From contig CAYZXL010000017.1 in assembly GCA_964482435.1 (NCBI GenBank), positions 10,932-74,931 on the forward strand: 64,000 nucleotides of DNA, in the 5' to 3' direction. Positions 60,138-64,000 of the stretch are shown piece by piece. Position 1 is the stretch's first letter, and every line of letters starts with the position of its first letter. The stretch is from an uncultured Verrucomicrobiota bacterium. Lineage in GTDB: Bacteria > Auribacterota > JABMQX01. The position numbers and the translations under genes were made by a program. Under the pieces are notes generated by a model. That model was not told the DNA's origin, did no database searches, and saw only the letters and a program-made list of their open reading frames with translations.

Positions 60138-62837
60138 ATGGAACAAGTTCGGTCTCGATCAAACCACTGGCACAAAGATTGTGCACGGGTGTTAGCATTC
60201 ATGTTGGCCGCGTTCGCTTATGCGGCAGACCAGCCTGCGGCAGAGGGCACTGAGAAGTCCGACCTGGACAAACTAGTGGGACAACCGGCCGACATTGCGC
60301 CGAGCGCGTACCAATATCAATCAGACCGGCCGGCCGAGCAGAACCCACCCGAAACCGAGTTTCTTTTCAGTGCGCTCAGACACAAGAAACCGGGGACGCT
60401 GTGCGGGCTGCTCTGGGAAGAGCCGCGGCCGGTAAGGCAGGTGGTGTTAGGGTGGCCGGCGGCCGCGAAATCGGTCCCCAAGCCGGATCAAATCGTCCTC
60501 CGCTGGTTCCCCGAAGGCGGCAGCGCGAGTTGGTGGTGCCGGGCGGGCGAGGGGACCAAGCTGCGCGAGGCGGATAAGCCGTCCGTCTCGGCCGACGGGC
60601 GAGTGTTCACCTACACCCTGGACGCGATGTCGAACGACGCGGCCCTGGACAACCTGATCGTTGCGGTGAAAGACGGGGTGAATCTCTCTGAGTTCCTGGC
60701 CGTCCCGACCGTCCAGGTGCTCGCGCCGCAAACCTGGAAGCGCCTAACCGTGGTCATCGAATGGGCTTTTCAGAAAGGCACAGAGGCGCGGGAGTTTGAC
60801 GGCCGCATCGAGGTGTACAACGGCATCGTCGGCAAGGTAGCGCCCCTGGCAGACGACAAGGGCACCCGGATGACGGACGCTGGCGGCTGGGAGTCGCGTC
60901 CGGCGGGAACGTCACGGCGCGGGGTGACGGCCCAACTCCTCTACGTCGGCTACGAGGACACCCTGATCTGGCCAGGGCAGGCGAAGATCGAGGACGTCAA
61001 CCGCACAATCATCACCGTGTGCACCATGTCCGGCAGCTTCTCGTTTATGCCGTCCGACCTGGAAAAGGGACCAATCCTGGCCCCCGAGCATGGCTTCTTC
61101 GTGGCCAAGGCATCCGACGCGATCACGGCTGCGGCGTTCTGCCAGGAACTGGAGGCCAACGGCCTCAAGACGCTGCGCCAACAAATCCGCGCTCGCGAGG
61201 AGCAGAGCTGGGATGGTGCGATGCGCACGGTCCATACGGAAGTCCAGGGGGACTTTCCTCCATATCCGCAGCCGAAGGTGCCGGCACCGATGGAGGTGGA
61301 TGTGCCGGAGCCCTATCTGGCCGCCGCGTGGAAGATCGGGGCGACCAACATGCTCCGCGGGGCGAGCAAGGACCCGCGCGGCAAGTGGCGATTCCGTGAC
61401 CCGCCATACGAGGCCCTGGCCCACGAGACGCACCTGTTCATGCGAGTGCTGGACCTGATGGGCCTTCACCAGGAGGCGCGCGACGGCTACGAGATGTGGC
61501 TGGAGCGGGTCGAGAAGCCTGTCCCCACGCCGGACGGGTTGTGGGTCGGCGGCCCGAGCACGTTCTTCTCCGGCATCGAGTGGGATAACGCACACGGCGG
61601 CGGGATCAGCCTCATCCACATGGGCATGCTGGAGCACTACGGCCTGACGCGGGACCGGGAGTGGCTGGCGAAGAACGCCGCCAAGCTCAACGCCAATGCC
61701 GACTGGATGATCCAACAACGAAAGAAATTCTGGGAGTCCATCGCCGGCCGCGAGAAGCTTTGGGCCAACGGTCTGCTGCCGCCACACAACATCTGGGATA
61801 GCCGGGTGTGGCGGTCGTGGTATGAGACGAACGCCTCGTTCTGTCATGCGATTACGCGGCACGCGGAGGTCATTGCGGAGGTTGACCCCGAGGCGGGGCG
61901 GCGATTCGCCGAGCAGGCCCAGGAGTTCCGCAAAGACCTGCTGGCCGCCGTGAACAAGTCATTGACGCTTTCGCCGGTCATTCGTGTGCGGGACGGGACA
62001 TACCGCTCGTTCCTGCCGCCGGCGCCCTACATGCGGGGCCCGGCCAGCCGATTCATGCCCGCGAACTTTGGCGCGCAGGTCTTCGGCATGTCCATGCACA
62101 CGCCGGGACTATATCCCGATGCCATCCGCGGCGGGCAGCACGTTGCGGAGTTTGGGTTGTTGCCCGCGAGCGATCCTCGGATGCAGGGCTACCTCGACGT
62201 CCTGGAAGACCGGCTGTTGTCGGAGAACTTCAAAATCGGCGTGCGATTCAAGGACTACGGCCCGCAGAAGGACTGGTTCAGCCTCTCCGGCTGGTACTAC
62301 CAGTGCGGCCTGGAGCGCACGGCGAACATCCACCTGCGATGGGACGACCCGGCGTGCTTCCTTCGCACCTGGCTGAACCAGTACGCGGTGCTCATCAATC
62401 CCGGCCCGTGGACCTTCAGGGAGCACACCGCCGACCACAGTTGCATGGACAAGCCCTTCGAGGAGGCCGCATTCCTGGTGCGATTCCGTATGATGCTGGT
62501 CATGGAAGAAGGCGACTCGTTGTGGCTGGCGCGGGCGACGCCGCGAGCGTGGCTGGAGCAGGGGAAGAAGGTCTCCGTGAAAAACGCGCCCACGCACTTC
62601 GGCACGGTGGCGTATGAGATCGTATCTGACGTGGACAACGGCAAGATCACAGCCACCGTTGAGATGCCTTCCCGCAATCCGCCCAAAACCGTGTTGCTTC
62701 GGTTGCGCCATCCCAGGGCCGTGCCAATCCAGAACGTCACGGTCAATGGCAAACCGTGGAGTCAATTCAACATGGAGAAAGAGATCGTTCGGTTGGAGGG
62801 ATTGACGGGCACACTCTCCGTCGGCGTCAATTATTAG
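60138..62837 (+). CDS. Large hypothetical secreted protein (about 900 aa), possibly a divergent (alpha/alpha)6 glycosidase. The ORF is open from 60132; ATG 60138 follows RBS agggga
   Basis: Signal peptide MEQVRSRSNHWHKDCARVLAFMLAAFAYA|ADQ. No recognised motifs. W/Y-rich core (WDNAHGGGISLIHMGMLEHYGL..., WYYQCGLERTANIHLRWDDP). Confidence 0.4.
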   Translation: MEQVRSRSNHWHKDCARVLAFMLAAFAYAADQPAAEGTEKSDLDKLVGQPADIAPSAYQYQSDRPAEQNPPETEFLFSALRHKKPGTLCGLLWEEPRPVRQVVLGWPAAAKSVPKPDQIVLRWFPEGGSASWWCRAGEGTKLREADKPSVSADGRVFTYTLDAMSNDAALDNLIVAVKDGVNLSEFLAVPTVQVLAPQTWKRLTVVIEWAFQKGTEAREFDGRIEVYNGIVGKVAPLADDKGTRMTDAGGWESRPAGTSRRGVTAQLLYVGYEDTLIWPGQAKIEDVNRTIITVCTMSGSFSFMPSDLEKGPILAPEHGFFVAKASDAITAAAFCQELEANGLKTLRQQIRAREEQSWDGAMRTVHTEVQGDFPPYPQPKVPAPMEVDVPEPYLAAAWKIGATNMLRGASKDPRGKWRFRDPPYEALAHETHLFMRVLDLMGLHQEARDGYEMWLERVEKPVPTPDGLWVGGPSTFFSGIEWDNAHGGGISLIHMGMLEHYGLTRDREWLAKNAAKLNANADWMIQQRKKFWESIAGREKLWANGLLPPHNIWDSRVWRSWYETNASFCHAITRHAEVIAEVDPEAGRRFAEQAQEFRKDLLAAVNKSLTLSPVIRVRDGTYRSFLPPAPYMRGPASRFMPANFGAQVFGMSMHTPGLYPDAIRGGQHVAEFGLLPASDPRMQGYLDVLEDRLLSENFKIGVRFKDYGPQKDWFSLSGWYYQCGLERTANIHLRWDDPACFLRTWLNQYAVLINPGPWTFREHTADHSCMDKPFEEAAFLVRFRMMLVMEEGDSLWLARATPRAWLEQGKKVSVKNAPTHFGTVAYEIVSDVDNGKITATVEMPSRNPPKTVLLRLRHPRAVPIQNVTVNGKPWSQFNMEKEIVRLEGLTGTLSVGVNY

Positions 62838-62865
62838 ATGAAATCCTCCACGGGAGAGTCGAGCC

Positions 62866-64000
62866 AATGAGGACTCAAACTCGCAATCTTATGACCAGCA
62901 ATGTGCCGGTGGCCGTTCTTATCGCCGCTCTGCTTTGGTGTTGTCAAACGGCTGACGGAGCCGAGCCTGCCGGCTCGCTGCGCGCTTCCACGAAGAAGGA
63001 CACCTTCTTCATCATTCCTCACACGCACTGGGAAGGAGCGGTCTTTTTTACCCGTGAGGAATACCTCGAGTCGGGACTGCCCCACATCCTTCAGGCGTTG
63101 AAGCTGCTCAAGGCCTACCCCGATTACCGCTTTGTCCTGGATCAGGCCTGTTACGTGGAGCCTTTCCTGGAGCGGTTCCCGGATGAGGACGCGGCGTTTC
63201 GCAAGTTCGTCAAGGAAGGCCGGCTGGCGATTGTCGGCGGTATGGATGTGATGCCCGACGTCAATATGCCATCCGGGGAATCGTTCGTGCGCCAGGTGCT
63301 TTACGGCAAGGGCTACTTTCGCCGGAAACTGGGCGTGGATGTGACGATCGCCTGGCAATTGGACACGTTCGGACACCATGCGCAGATGCCGCAATTGCTC
63401 AAGCTGGCGGGATACAGGTCGTTCTGGTTCTTTCGAGGTGTCCCGGACTGGAACACGCCTTCCGAGTTCCTCTGGGAAGGGCTCGACGGCTCTCGGATTC
63501 CCGCCTACTGGCTGCCGCACGGTTACAGCGTCACGTATGGGTCGCCCAGGTCGCTCCCTGAATTCACCGAATTCTTCAAGGAGCGGTTCGATTCTCTGGC
63601 GCCGTTTTCGAAAGGTCCCAACCGGGTTGGCCTGGCTGGAGCGGATGTCTCCGAACCCGAGGAAAATCTGCCCCACTTGGTCGAGGAGTTCAACCGCCAG
63701 GCGGATGCGCCGTTCCATCTTCGCCTCGCCGTGCCCGCCGATTTTGAGGCGGCGATGGCCGAACGCCCGGAGAGACCTGTGCTCAAGGGCGAGCTCAACC
63801 CGATCTTCCAGGGCACCTACAGCAGTCGGATCGAACTCAAGCAGCGGACGCGAGAACTGGAGCGGCTGCTGACAACCGCCGAGAAGTTGGGGGTGCTGCT
63901 CCGCTGGATTGGCGTGTCGGTTGACGATGAGATTCTCTGGCAAGCCTGGGAACCGATGCTTTTCAATCAGACCCATGACCTGATGTCCGGCGTGATGACC
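62866..64000 (+). CDS. GH38-family alpha-mannosidase (N-terminal part; continues beyond the window end)
   Basis: ATG at 62866. Signal peptide. FFIIPHTHWEGAVFF...GRLAIVGGMDVMPDVNMPSGESFVRQVLYGKGYF...AWQLDTFGHHAQMPQLLKLAGYRSFWFFRG match Glyco_hydro_38N motifs (HsHwD, GrlEfvgGgW, DxFGHs). Confidence 0.75.

Noticed and set aside
60163-60178. Sigma-54-like motif TGGCAC-N5-TTGT.
   Set aside because: It lies inside the coding region, 25 nt after the start codon, and the -12 element is imperfect.
60912-63976. Minus-strand ORFs of 316 and 380 aa.
   Set aside because: They are antisense to the 900-aa secreted protein gene and to the GH38 gene, which has clear GH38 N-domain motifs. The translations are low-complexity.

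Overview
This is a high-GC bacterial window, probably from the Planctomycetota/Verrucomicrobiota-type PVC group judging by TAT-signal Gfo/Idh/MocA, ThuA and many secreted glycoside hydrolases. It has three blocks. Block 1 (1-13287, minus strand) holds three tandem paralogous genes for giant secreted modular proteins. Each ~380-aa module has a DUF1565-like N-domain (WYVD..GDGKSW..AFKTIQ.AID.A..GDTV.V..G.Y.E), a right-handed parallel beta-helix of 22-23-aa rungs (NN.I..NSA...GGGL..C.GTI) and a conserved cap (CIIWGN...SPCIDAGDP.SDFS.EPEPNGGR.DMGAYGNT). Modules are joined by thrombospondin-type-3-like Ca-binding linkers (D.D.DGLPDDWE). Module counts are >=5 (partial gene, runs off the window start), 2 and 3, and the two complete genes end in a shared, unrecognised ~75-aa C-terminal domain. 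Block 2 is a 2.4-kb ORF-poor spacer (13288-15757) with a degenerate IS5-like transposase remnant and short imperfect repeats. It is followed by a ~26-kb Wzx/Wzy-dependent polysaccharide biosynthesis locus (15758-42026, plus strand). That locus has a Wzx flippase, Wzy-like polymerase, Wzc-like BY-kinase with poly-Tyr tail, seven GT4 glycosyltransferases, four SAM methyltransferases, a CE4 deacetylase, an SDR epimerase with a Cys4 insertion, a CDP-alcohol phosphatidyltransferase, and a Pgl-like diNAc-sugar set (PglF/WbpM-like dehydratase, DegT aminotransferase, PglD-like acetyltransferase, PglC-like phosphoglycosyl transferase). The locus shows decay: a 1098-bp IS630-family element with TA target duplication splits one GT4 gene, and the DegT gene is truncated and fused to an Fe-ADH C-terminal remnant. 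Block 3 (42.2-64 kb) is a CAZyme island: GH36, GH5, an (alpha/alpha)6 + GH130-like fusion, two GH38-like genes, tandem ThuA, Gfo/Idh/MocA, M23 peptidase with PKD domains, and large hypothetical secreted proteins. It looks like a mannan/N-glycan utilisation locus. No rRNA, tRNA or CRISPR was recognised.
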